Part shown: positions 37,201-48,071 of the stretch, one piece after another
How positions within the stretch are numbered: position 1 is the stretch's first letter
Layout: the number at the start of each line of letters is the position of its first letter
Translations under genes and position numbers: made by a program
Notes under the pieces: model-generated
Told to the model about the DNA's origin: nothing
The model's database searches: none
Seen by the model: only the letters and a program-made list of their open reading frames with translations
Source: Eledone cirrhosa
Lineage: Eukaryota
Length of the DNA: 64,000 nt
Direction of reading: 5' to 3'
NCBI GenBank assembly: GCA_964016885.1
Contig: OZ024752.1
Location: 21,886,001 to 21,950,000 of the forward strand

Positions 37201-40200
37201 TGTGAGGTGTGGTGTTGGTGTAATGTGAGGTGTGGTGTTGGTGTAATGTGAGGTGTTGGTGTAATGTGAGGTGAGGTGTTGGTGTAATGTGAGGTGTGGT
37301 GTTGGTGTAATGTGAGGTGTTGGTGTAATGTGAGGTGTGGTGTTTGTGTAATGTGAGGTGAGGTGTTGGTGTAATGTGAGGTGATGTGTTGGTGTAAAGT
37401 GAGGTGAGGTGTTTGTGTAATGTGAGGTGTTGGTGTAATGTGAGGTGTGGTGTTTGTGTAATGTGAGGTGAGGTGTTGGTGTAATGTGAGGTGATGTGTT
37501 GGTGTAAAGTGAGGTGAGGTGTTGGTGTAATGTGAGGTGTTGGTGTAATGTGAGGTGTTGGTGTAATGTGAGGTGAGGTGTTGGTGTAATGTGAGGTGTT
37601 GGTGTAATGTGAGGTGTTGGTGTAATGTGAGGTGTGGTGTTGGTGTAATGTGAGGTGTTGGTGTAATGTGAGGTGTGGTGTTGGTGTAACGTGAGGTGTT
37701 GGTGTAATGTGAGGTGAGGTGTTGGTGTAATGTGAGGTGAGGTGTTGGTGTAATGTGAGGTGATGTGTTGGTGTAAAGTGAGGTGAGGTGTTGGTGTAAT
37801 GTGAGGTGTTGGTGTAATGTGAGGTGTTGGTGTAATGTGAGGTGTGGTGTTGGTGTAATGTGAGGTGTTGGTGTAATGTGAGGTGTGGTGTTGGTGTAAT
37901 GTGAGGTGTTGGTGTAATGTGAGGTGAGGTGTTGGTGTAATGTGAGGTGATGTGTTGGTGTAATGTGAGGTGTGGTGCTCGTGTAATGTGAGGTGTGGTG
38001 TTGGTGTAATGTGAGGTGTTGGTGTAATGTGAGGTGTTGGTGTTGGTGTAATGTGAGGTGTTGGTGTAATGTGAGGTGAGGTGTTGGTGTAATGTGAGGT
38101 GATGTGTTGGTGTAATGTGAGGTGAGGTGTTGGTGTAATGTGAGGTGAGGTGTTGGTGTAATGTGAGGTGTGATTTTGGTGTAATGTGAGGTGTGCTGTT
38201 GGTGTAATGTAAGGTGAGGTATTGGTGTAATGTGAGGTGATGTGTTGGTGTAATGTGAGGTGTGGTGTTGGTGTAATGTGAGGTGAGGTGTTGGTGTAAT
38301 GTGAGGTGATGTGTTGGTGTAATGTGAGGTGTGGTGTTGGTGTAATGTGAGGTGTTGGTGTGATGTGAGGTGTGGTGTTGGTGTAATGTAAGGTGTTGGC
38401 GTAATGTGAGGTGTGGTGTTGGTGTAATGTGAGGTGTTGGTGTAATGTGAGGTGTTGGTGTAATGTGAGGTGAGGTGTTGGTGTAATGTGAGGTGTTGGT
38501 GTAATGTGAGATGAGGTGTTGGTGTAATGTGAGGTGAGGTGTTGGTGTAACGTGAGGTGAGGTGTTGGTGTAATGTGAGGTGTTGGTGTAATGTGAGGTG
38601 TTTGTGTAATGTGAGGTGTGGTGATTGTGTAATATGGGGTGTTGGTGTAATGTGAGATGAGGTGTTGGTGTAATGTGAGGTGTTGGTGTAATGTGAGGTG
38701 TTGGTGTAATGTGAGGTGTTGGTGTAATGTGAGGTGAGGTGTTTGTGTAATGTGAGGTGTTGGTGTAACGTGAGGTGTGGTGTTGGTGTAATGTGAGATG
38801 TGGTGTTGGTGTAATGTGGGGGGTTGGTGTAATGTGAGGTGTGGTGTTGGTGTAATGTGAGGTGTGGTGCTGGTGTAATGTGAGGTGTTGGTGTAATGTG
38901 AGGTGTTGGTGTAATGTGAGGTGTGGTGTTGGTGTAATGAGGTGTTGTGCTGGTGTAATGTGAGGTGTTGGTGTAATGTGAGGTGTTGGTGTAATGTGAG
39001 GTGTGGTGTTTGTGTAATGTGGGGTGTTTGTGTAATGTGAGGTGTGGTGTTGGTGTAATGTGAGGTGTGGTGTTGGTGTAATGTGAGGTGTTGGTGTAAT
39101 GTGAGGTGAGGTGTTGGTGTAATGTGAGGTGTTGGTGTAATGTGAGGTGTGGTGTTTGTGTAATGTGAGGTGTGGTGCTGGTGTAATGTGAGGTGTTGGT
39201 GTAATGTGAGGTGTTGGTGTAATGTGAGGTGTTGTGTTGGTGTAATGTGAGGTGTTGGTGTAATGTGAGGTGTGGTGTTGGTGTAATGTGAGGTGAGGTG
39301 TTGGTGTAATGTGAGGTGTTGGTGTAATGTGAGGTGTTGGTGTAATGTGAGGTGTGGTGTTGGTGTAATGTGAGGTGTTGGTGTAATGTGAGGTGTTGGT
39401 GTAATGTGCGGTGTTGGTGTAATGTGAGGTGAGGTGTCGGTGTAATGTGAGGTGAGGTGTTGGTGTAATGTGAGGTGAGGTGTTGGTGTAATGTGAGGTG
39501 TTGGTGTAATGTGAGGTGTTTGTGTAATGTGAGGTGTGGTGATTGTGTAATATGGGGTGTTGGTGTAATGTGAGATGAGGTGTTGGTGTAATGTGAGGTG
39601 TTGGTGTAATGTGAGGTGTTGGTGTAATGTGAGGTGTTGGTGTAATGTGAGGTGAGGTGTTTGTGTAATGTGAGGTGTTGGTGTAACGTGAGGTGTGGTG
39701 TTGGTGTAATGTGAGATGTGGTGTTGGTGTAATGTGGGGGGTTGGTGTAATGTGAGGTGTGGTGTTGGTGTAATGTGAGGTGTGGTGCTGGTGTAATGTG
39801 AGGTGTTGGTGTAATGTGAGGTGTGGTGTTGGTGTAATGAGGTGTTGTGCTGGTGTAATGTGAGGTGTTGGTGTAATGTGAGGTGTTGGTGTAATGTGAG
39901 GTGTGGTGTTTGTGTAATGTGGGGTGTTTGTGTAATGTGAGGTGTGGTGTTGGTGTAATGTGAGGTGTGGTGTTGGTGTAATGTGAGGTGTTGGTGTAAT
40001 GTGAGGTGAGGTGTTGGTGTAATGTGAGGTGTTGGTGTAATGTGAGGTGTGGTGTTTGTGTAATGTGAGGTGTGGTGCTGGTGTAATGTGAGGTGTTGGT
40101 GTAATGTGAGGTGTTGTGTTGGTGTAATGTGAGGTGTTGGTGTAATGTGAGGTGTGGTGTTGGTGTAATGTGAGGTGAGGTGTTGGTGTAATGTGAGGTG

Positions 40201-43200
40201 TTGGTGTAATGTGAGGTGTTGGTGTAATGTGAGGTGTGGTGTTGGTGTAATGTGAGGTGTTGGTGTAATGTGAGGTGTTGGTGTAATGTGCGGTGTTGGT
40301 GTAATGTGAGGTGAGGTGTTGGTGTAATGTGAGGTGAGGTGTTGGTGTAATGTGAGGTGAGGTGTTGGTGTAATGTGAGGTGTTGGTGTAATGTGAGGTG
40401 TGGTGTTGGTGTAATGTACGGTGTTGGCGTAATGTGAGGTGTTGGTGTAATGTGAGGTGTGGTGTTGGTGTAATGTAAGGTGTTGGTGTAATGTGAGGTG
40501 TTGGTGTAATGTGAGGTGTTGGTGTAATGTGCGGTGTTGGTGTAATGTGAGGTGAGGTGTTGGTGTAATGTGAGGTGAGGTGCTGGTGTAATGTAAGGTG
40601 AGGTGTTGGTGTAATGTGAGGTGAGGTGTTGGTGTAATGTGAGGTGAGGTGTTGGTGTAATGTGAGGTGTTGTGTTAGTGTAATGTGAGGTGAGGTGTTG
40701 GTGTAATGTGAGGTGAGGTGTTGGTGTAATGTGAGGTGTTGGTGTAATGTGAGGTGTTGGTGTAATGTGAGATGAGGTGTTGGTGTAATGTGAGGTGAGG
40801 TGTTGGTGTAATGTGAGGTGAGGTGTTGGTGTAATGTGAGGTGTTGGTGTAATGTGAGGTGTTTGTGTAATGTGAGGTGTGGTGATTGTGTAATGTGAGG
40901 TGTTGGTGTAATGTGAGATGAGGTGTTGGTGTAATGTGAGGTGTTGGTGTAATGTGAGGTGTTGGTGTAATGTGAGGTGTTGGTGTAATGTGAGGTGAGG
41001 TGTTGGTGTAATGTGAGGTGTTGGTGTAATGTGATGTGTGGTGTTGGTGTAATGTGAGATGTGGTGTTGGTGTAATGTGGGGGGTTGGTGTAATGTGAGG
41101 TGTGGTGTTGGTGTAATGTGAGGTGTTGGTGTAATGTGAGGTGAGGTGTTGGTGTAATGTGAGGTGTTGGTGTAATGTGAGGTGTTGTGTTTGTGTAATG
41201 TGAGGTGTTGGTGTAATGTGAGGTGTGGTGTTTGTGTAATGTGAGGTGAGGTGTTGGTGTAATGTGAGGTGTTGGTGTAATGTGAGGTGTGGTGTTTGTG
41301 TAATGTGAGGTGAGGTGTTGGTGTAATGTGAGGTGTTGGTGTAATGTGAGGTGAGGTGTTGGTGTAATGTGAGGTGTTGGTGTAATGTGAGGTGTTGTGT
41401 TTGTGTAATGTGAGGTGTTGGTGTAATGTGAGGTGTGGTGTTTGTGTAATGTGAGGTGAGGTGTTGGTGTAATGTGAGGTGTGGTGTTGGTGTAATGTGA
41501 GGTGTTGGTGTAATGTGAGGTGTTGGTGTTGGTGTAATGTCAGGTGTGGTGTTGGTGTAATGTGAGGTGTTGGTGTAATGTGAGGTGTGGTGTTGGTGTA
41601 ATGTGAGGTGTTGGTGTAATGTGAGGTGTGGTGTTGGTGTAATGTGAGGTGAGGTGTTGGTGTAATGTGATGTGAGGTGCTGGTGTAATGTGAGGTGTGG
41701 TGTTGGTGTAATGTGAGGTGTGGTGTTGGTGTAATGTGAGGTGTTGGTGTAATGTGAGGTCAGGTGTTGGTGTAATGTGAGGTGTTGGTGTAATGTGAGG
41801 TGTTTGTGTAATGTGAGGTGTGGTGTTGGTGTAATGTGAGGTGAGGTGTTGGTGTAATGTGAGGTGAGGTGTTGGTGTAATGTGAGGTGAGGTGTTGGTG
41901 TAATGTGAGGTGTGGTGTTGGTGTAATGTGAGGTGAGGTGTTGGTGTAATGTGAGGTGAGGTGTTGGTGTAATGTGAGGTGAGGTGTTGGTGTAATGTGA
42001 GGTGTGGTGTTGGTGTAATGTGAGGTGTTGGTGTAATGTGAGGTGTGGTGTTGGTGTAATGTGATGTGTTGGTGTAATGTGAGGTGTGGTGTTGGTGTAA
42101 TGTGAGGTGTTGGTGTAATGTGAGGTGTGGTGTTGGTGTAATGTAAGGTGTTGGCGTAATGTGAGGTGTGGTGTTGGTGTAATGTGAGGTGTTGGTGTAA
42201 TGTTAGGTGTTGGTGTAATGTGAGGTGAGGTGTTGGTGTAATGTGAGGTGTTGGTGTAATGTGAGGTGAGGTGTTGGTGTAATGTGAGGTGAGGTGTTGG
42301 TGTAATGTGAGGTGTTGGTGTAATGTGATGTGTGGTGTTGGTGTAATGTAAGGTGAGGTGTTGGTGTAATGTGAGGTGATGTGTTGGTGTAATGTGAGGT
42401 GTTGTGTTGGTGTAATGTGAGGTGAGGTGTTGGTGTAATGTGAGGTGATGTGTTGGTGTAATGTGAGGTGTGGTGTTGGTGTAATGTGAGGTGTTGGTGT
42501 AATGTGAGGTGTGGTGTTGGTGTAATGTAAGGTGTTGGCGTAATGTGAGGTGTGGTGTTGGTGTAATGTGAGGTGTTGGTGTAATGTGAGGTGAGGTGTT
42601 GGTGTAATGTGAGGAGTTGTGTTGGTGTAATGTGAGGTGAGGTGTTGGTGTAATGTGAGGTGTTGTGTTGGTGTAATGTGAGGTGTAGTGTTGGTGTAAT
42701 GTGAGGTGAGGTGTTGGTGTAATGTGAGGTGTTGGTATAATGTGAGGTGTGGTGTTGGTGTAATGTGAGGTGTTGGTGTAATGTGAGGTGTTTGTGTAAT
42801 GTGAGGTGTAGTGTTGGTGTAATGTGAGGTGTTGGTGTAATGTGAGGTGTTGGTGTAATGTGAGATGAGGTGTTGGTGTAATGTGAGGTGTTGGTGTAAT
42901 GTGAGATGAGGTGTTGGTGTAATGTGAGGTGTTGGTGTAATGTGAGGTGTTGGTGTAATGTGAGGTGTTGGTGTAATGTGAGGTGAGGTGTTTGTGTAAT
43001 GTGATGTGTTGGTGTAATGTGAGGTGTGGTGTTGGTGTAATGTGAGATGTGGTGTTGGTGTAATGTGGGGTGTTGGTGTAATGTGAGGTGAGGTGTTGGT
43101 GTAATGTGAGGTGAGGTGTTGGTGTAATGTGAGATGTGGTGTTGGTGTAATGTGAGATGTGGTGTTGGTGTAATGTGGGGTGTTGGTGTAATGTGAGGTG

Positions 43201-44144
43201 AGGTGTTGGTGTAATGTGAGGTGAGGTGTTGGTGTAATGTGAGATGTGGTGTTGGTGTAATGTGAGGTGTTGGTGTAATGTGAGGTGTGGTGTTGGTGTA
43301 ATGTGAGATGTGGTGTTGGTGTAATGTGAGATGTGGTGTTGGTGTAATGTGAGGTGTGGTGCTGGTGTAATATGAGGTGTTGGTGTAATGTGAGGTGTGG
43401 TGTTGGTGTAATGTGAGGTGAGGTGTTGTCGTAATGTGAGGTGTGGTGCTGGTGTAATGTGAGGTGTTGGTGTTGGTGTAATGTGAGATGTGGTGTTGGT
43501 GTAATGTGAGGTGTTGGTGTAATGTGAGGTGTTTGTGTAATGTGAGGTGTGGTGTTGGTGTAATGTGAGGTGTGGTGTTGGTGTAATGTGAGGTGTTGGT
43601 GTAATGTGAGGTGAGGTGTTGGTGTAATGTGAGGTGTTGGTGTAATGTGAGGTGTTGTGTTTGTGTAATGTGAGGTGTTGGTGTAATGTGAGGTGTGGTG
43701 TTTGTGTAATGTGAGGTGAGGTGTTGGTGTAATGTGAGGTGTTGGTGTAATGTGAGGTGTGGTGTTTGTGTAATGTGAGGTGAGGTGTTGGTGTAATGTG
43801 AGGTGTTGGTGTAATGTGAGGTGAGGTGTTGGTGTAATGTGAGGTGTTGGTGTAATGTGAGGTGTTGTGTTTGTGTAATGTGAGGTGTTGGTGTAATGTG
43901 AGGTGTGGTGTTTGTGTAATGTGAGGTGAGGTGTTGGTGTAATGTGAGGTGTTGGTGTAATGTGAGGTGTGGTGTTTGTGTAATGTGAGGTGAGGTGTTG
44001 GTGTAATGTTAGGTGTTGGTGTAATGTGAGGTGTGGTGTTCGTGTAATGTGAGGTGAGGTGTTGGTGTAATGTGAGGTGTTGGTGTAATGTGAGGTGTTG
44101 GTGTAATGTGAGGTGAGGTGTTCGTGTAATGTGAGGCTTTGGTG

Positions 44145-44147
<3 letters not shown>
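25297..44147. repeat. ~18.9-kb satellite of 18-bp (gtgttggtgtaatgtgag) and 23-bp (5-bp insert) monomers with higher-order repeats
   Basis: Direct reading; plus strand is nearly C-free; rare variants recur at 409, 900/918, 2717 and 3115 bp spacings. Confidence 0.98.
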
Positions 44148-44200
<53 letters not shown>

Positions 44201-44273
44201 GTATGGTTGCATGAAAATGAATCCATAGGTGGCATGTCGGTTGTGCATTTGATACCGCAAAGAGCAAAGTATA

Positions 44274-44552
44274 ATACTATAAGGATAAAGAACAAGGATT
44301 TACTGTTGCATGATAACATATTACATATGTTTCACTATAGATCAGCTCGAGGCAAGACCTATCATAGGTCGAACCTGACTATGTAATCGGAGACGACTTC
44401 ATATACTAAGCATATCTGACAACCTTTCGATTACAGAGTCAGGTTTGATCTAAAGTAGGTATTATCGCGAGCTGATCGATAGTGAAACATATCTAATATA
44501 TTATTATATATGTTCTGATGCAACACTGAATCCTTGTTCCTTATCCTTATAG

Positions 44553-44556
<4 letters not shown>
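44274..44556. mobile_element. Palindromic (hairpin/MITE-like) element with ~135-bp imperfect arms
   Basis: tactataaggataaagaacaaggatt...gtttcactatagatcagctcg pairs with cgagctgatcgatagtgaaac...aatccttgttccttatccttatagta; related half-copy at 51760-51927. Confidence 0.8.
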
Positions 44557-44576
<20 letters not shown>

Positions 44577-44583
<7 letters not shown>

Positions 44584-45772
44584 ACGTACATACATATATG
44601 TATACGGACGTACAGTAGTATGTATATATATATACATCCATGCACACATATATATATGTACGTAAGGATTCACCAAACACTTATTATAATGCTCGGTGTG
44701 TTTGTAAACAAACATCCCGTATTAAGCCGTAGTGTCTAGCAACCATCGTTGCTCGTTTGTTCAACATTGACAAAGGAATGCTGTACTAGTTTCAAGCTTA
44801 TTAGCTATCGTCAGCAACGTATACCTTCCTGCCAGATGATTGAACGTCTGAAAGTATATACTTTCCTTATGCATATTAACGGCTGAGTAGCCCAATTTGC
44901 ATATCAAATGGGTTAATCGGCCGGGTGCACCAAAAACGATAAACAGAAAAAATGAAACGAAATTTCTTTTCCCACTCTTAGTACGGCTGTTACTTAAATA
45001 TAAGTATGTATACGTACATACATATATGTATATGGACGTACAGTAGTATGTATATATATATATATACATACATGCACACATATGTACATATGGATTCACC
45101 GAACATTTATTATAATGCTCGGTGTATTTGTAAACAAACATCCCGTATTCTTTACAAACACACCGAGCATTATAATAAATGTTCGGTGAATCCATACGTA
45201 CATATATATATGTGTGCATGTATGTATATATATACATACTACTGTACGTCCGTATACATATATGTATGTACGTATACATACTTATATTTAAGTAACAGCC
45301 GTACTAAGAGTGGGAAATGAAATTTCGTTTCATTTTTTCCATTTATCATTTTCGGTGCGCCCGGCCAATTAACTCACTCGATATGCAAATTAGGCTGCTC
45401 AGCCGTTAATATGCATATGGAAAGTATATACTTTCAGATGTTCAATCATCTAGCAGGAAGGTATACGTTGCTGACGATAGCTAATAAGCTTGAAACTAGT
45501 ACAGCATTCCTTTGTCAGTGTTGAACAAACGAGCAATGATGGTTGCTAGACACTACTGCTTAATACGGGATGTTTGTTTACAAACACACCGAGCATTATA
45601 ATAAATGTTCGGTGAATCCATACGTACATATATATATGTGTGCATGTATGTATATATATACATACTACTGTACGTCCGTATACATATATGTATGTACGTA
45701 TACATACTTATATTTAAGTAACAGCCGTACTAAGAGTGGGAAATGAAATTTTGTTTCATTTTTTCCGTTTAT
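44577..45772. repeat. Large palindrome made of a ~427-bp unit in head-to-head orientation
   Basis: Forward unit repeats at 44578 and 45006; reverse unit at 45152 and 45578; strand switch at ~45133-45151. Confidence 0.92.
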
Positions 45773-46346
45773 ATATATACATATACATATATATATATTT
45801 ATATATATATATATATAAATCATCTATCATCATCATATATATATAATCCTCAACCTCATTTTGTATCCATATGCCTGTAGATATTTGTGCATGTGTATCA
45901 TAGCATAAACTGTTGCATCAAGCTGTCTCCCTTTATATTAAAAGGTAACTCAACAATTAGATAAATAGAAACCAGTAAAATAAGTATGAAACTTAAATAA
46001 ATACTGAACTGAATATGATCTGCTAAAAACCCTTGAAGATAAGACTCCAACATGACTGCTGTTCCATACTGGACTGGATATAATCATTACATTTTCTTCA
46101 GAATCTGTCATGTGTATTGAAAGGAAACTCCTGTGTTGATTGTAGCTGTGTTGAGACTGAAACATATGTGGCTGGCAGATGTGGCTATGTGGTTAAGGGG
46201 TTTGTTTCACAGGCATGTGGTTTTAAGTTTAGTCCCACAATGTGGCACCTCAGGCAAGTGAGTTCTTCTAATGACTTGTGAATGAAATTTGGTACATGGA
46301 AACTGTATGGAAGCCCGTCCTGTGTATATCTATATATATATATATA

Positions 46347-47521
46347 TTGTTATACTTTGGGAGAGTCATGCTGCCAATAAAAACACACACACCTGTTGGT
46401 TTTCACTTCAATTTATTATAAATTTCTGGTTGCTTGGCTGGTTGGTTTGATAACCGGATGGTATTTTATATATTATCAAAGCTCTTTCGTCACTCATTCT
46501 GTGACCTCCTCAGTGACTGGGTTTTTATTTTGTGTCTCTCCTTTGTTCTGTCCTACAGCATCTTGTTTTTGTGTGTTGTGTGATGTGTGCTTGGTTTGCG
46601 TATGCATTACATCTGGATATGTGTGTGTGGGGGTTTATTTATTTATGTGTTTATTTACTTGGTTGTTTGTTCTATTTGTGTGTGTCTGAAAAAAGGAGCC
46701 ATCCAACCAACCAACCAACCAGCCAACCAACCAACCAACCAACGACCCAACCAGCCATCCAACCAACCAACCAACCAACCAACCAACCAACCAGCCAACC
46801 AACCAACTAGCCAACCAACGACCCAACCAACCAACCAACCAACCAGCCAACCAACCAACCAACCAACGACCCAACCAACCAGCGATCCAACCAACCAACC
46901 AACCACCCAACCAACCAACCAACAAACCAGCCAATCAACCAACCAACCAACCAACCAACCAACAAACAAACTAGCCAACCAACCAACCAACCATCCAACC
47001 AACCAGCCAACCAACCAACCAGCCAACCAACCAGCCAACCAACCAACAAACCAACCAACCAACCAGCCAACCAACCAACCAACCAACAAACCAGCCAACC
47101 AACCAGCCAACCAACCAACAAACCAGCCAACCAACCAGCCAACCAACCAACGAACCAGCCAACCAACCAACCAACCAACCAGCCAACCAACCAATCAGCC
47201 ATCCAACCAACCAATCAACCAGCCAACCAACAAACCAACTAACCAACCAGCCAACCAACCAACCAACCAGCCAACCAACCAACCAATCAGCCATCCAACC
47301 AACCAACCAGCCAACCAACCAACCAACCAACCAACCAACTAACCAACCAGCCAACCAACCAACCAGCCAACCAACCAACCAATCAGCCATCCAACCAACC
47401 AACCAACCAACCAACCAACCAACCAACCAACCATCCAACCAGAAATTTATAATAAATTGAAGTGAAACCCAACAGGTGCGTGTGTTTCTATTGGCAACAT
47501 GACCCTCCCAAAGTATAACAA
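46347..47521. mobile_element. Foldback/MITE-like element with ~100-bp inverted termini enclosing an expanded (CCAA)n tract (46699-47441)
   Basis: ttgttatactttgggagagtcatg...tttattataaatttctggttg is the reverse complement of caaccagaaatttataataaa...catgaccctcccaaagtataacaa. Confidence 0.85.
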
Positions 47522-47596
47522 CATATGTTTCAACACACGCTTTCACATAAGAAATCTTGCAAAACAAATTAAAAAATGAAATATATACATATCGAC

Positions 47597-47803
47597 AGTC
47601 GATCAACCTGCATTAAATCGGACCAAGAAAACAATGTTTCCTTTGATCTTTCCAATTGCTAATACTATCTATCAGTCACAACTCCAGGTAGAAGGAGCAG
47701 CGTGAAATAAAGTGTCTTGCTCAAGGACATAACACATTGCGGAATCGAACTCACAACCTCAAGATTGTGAATCCAATTCTCTAACCACTCAGCCACGCAC
47801 CTT
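47597..47803 (-). mobile_element. SINE family B
   Basis: ggaatcgaactc (B box, reverse complement), taaccactcagccacgcacc (A box, reverse complement), gtgaaataaagtgtcttgctcaaggac. Confidence 0.8.
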
Positions 47804-48071
47804 CTCTCTCTCTATATATATATGTGTGTGTGTATGTGTGTGTATCTGTATTTACTGTTTGTTTATGACATGTAACTTAATGGTTTTACAAAAATAAAAT
47901 CTATAAAATATGTACCAGACTTGAATAAAAATACTGGGGTTGATGTGATCAACTAAATCCCTTTAAGGTTAAGCCCCAGCATGGCCACAGTTTAATGATT
48001 GAAGCCAGTAAAATATATATATATATACACACACACACACATACATATATATACATACACACAGATATATA

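Noticed and set aside
25297-44147. Telomeric repeat array
   Set aside because: It is G/T-rich but has no TTAGGG/TTAGG units and is flanked by ordinary sequence on both sides
40675-44319. 1214-aa and 835-aa His/Thr/Pro-rich ORFs
   Set aside because: They are translations of the satellite's G-poor minus strand, which lacks stops in all frames; they cross (TA)n and shift frame with each 23-mer
46587-47606. QPTN / LVGW repeat ORFs
   Set aside because: Translation of (CCAA)n
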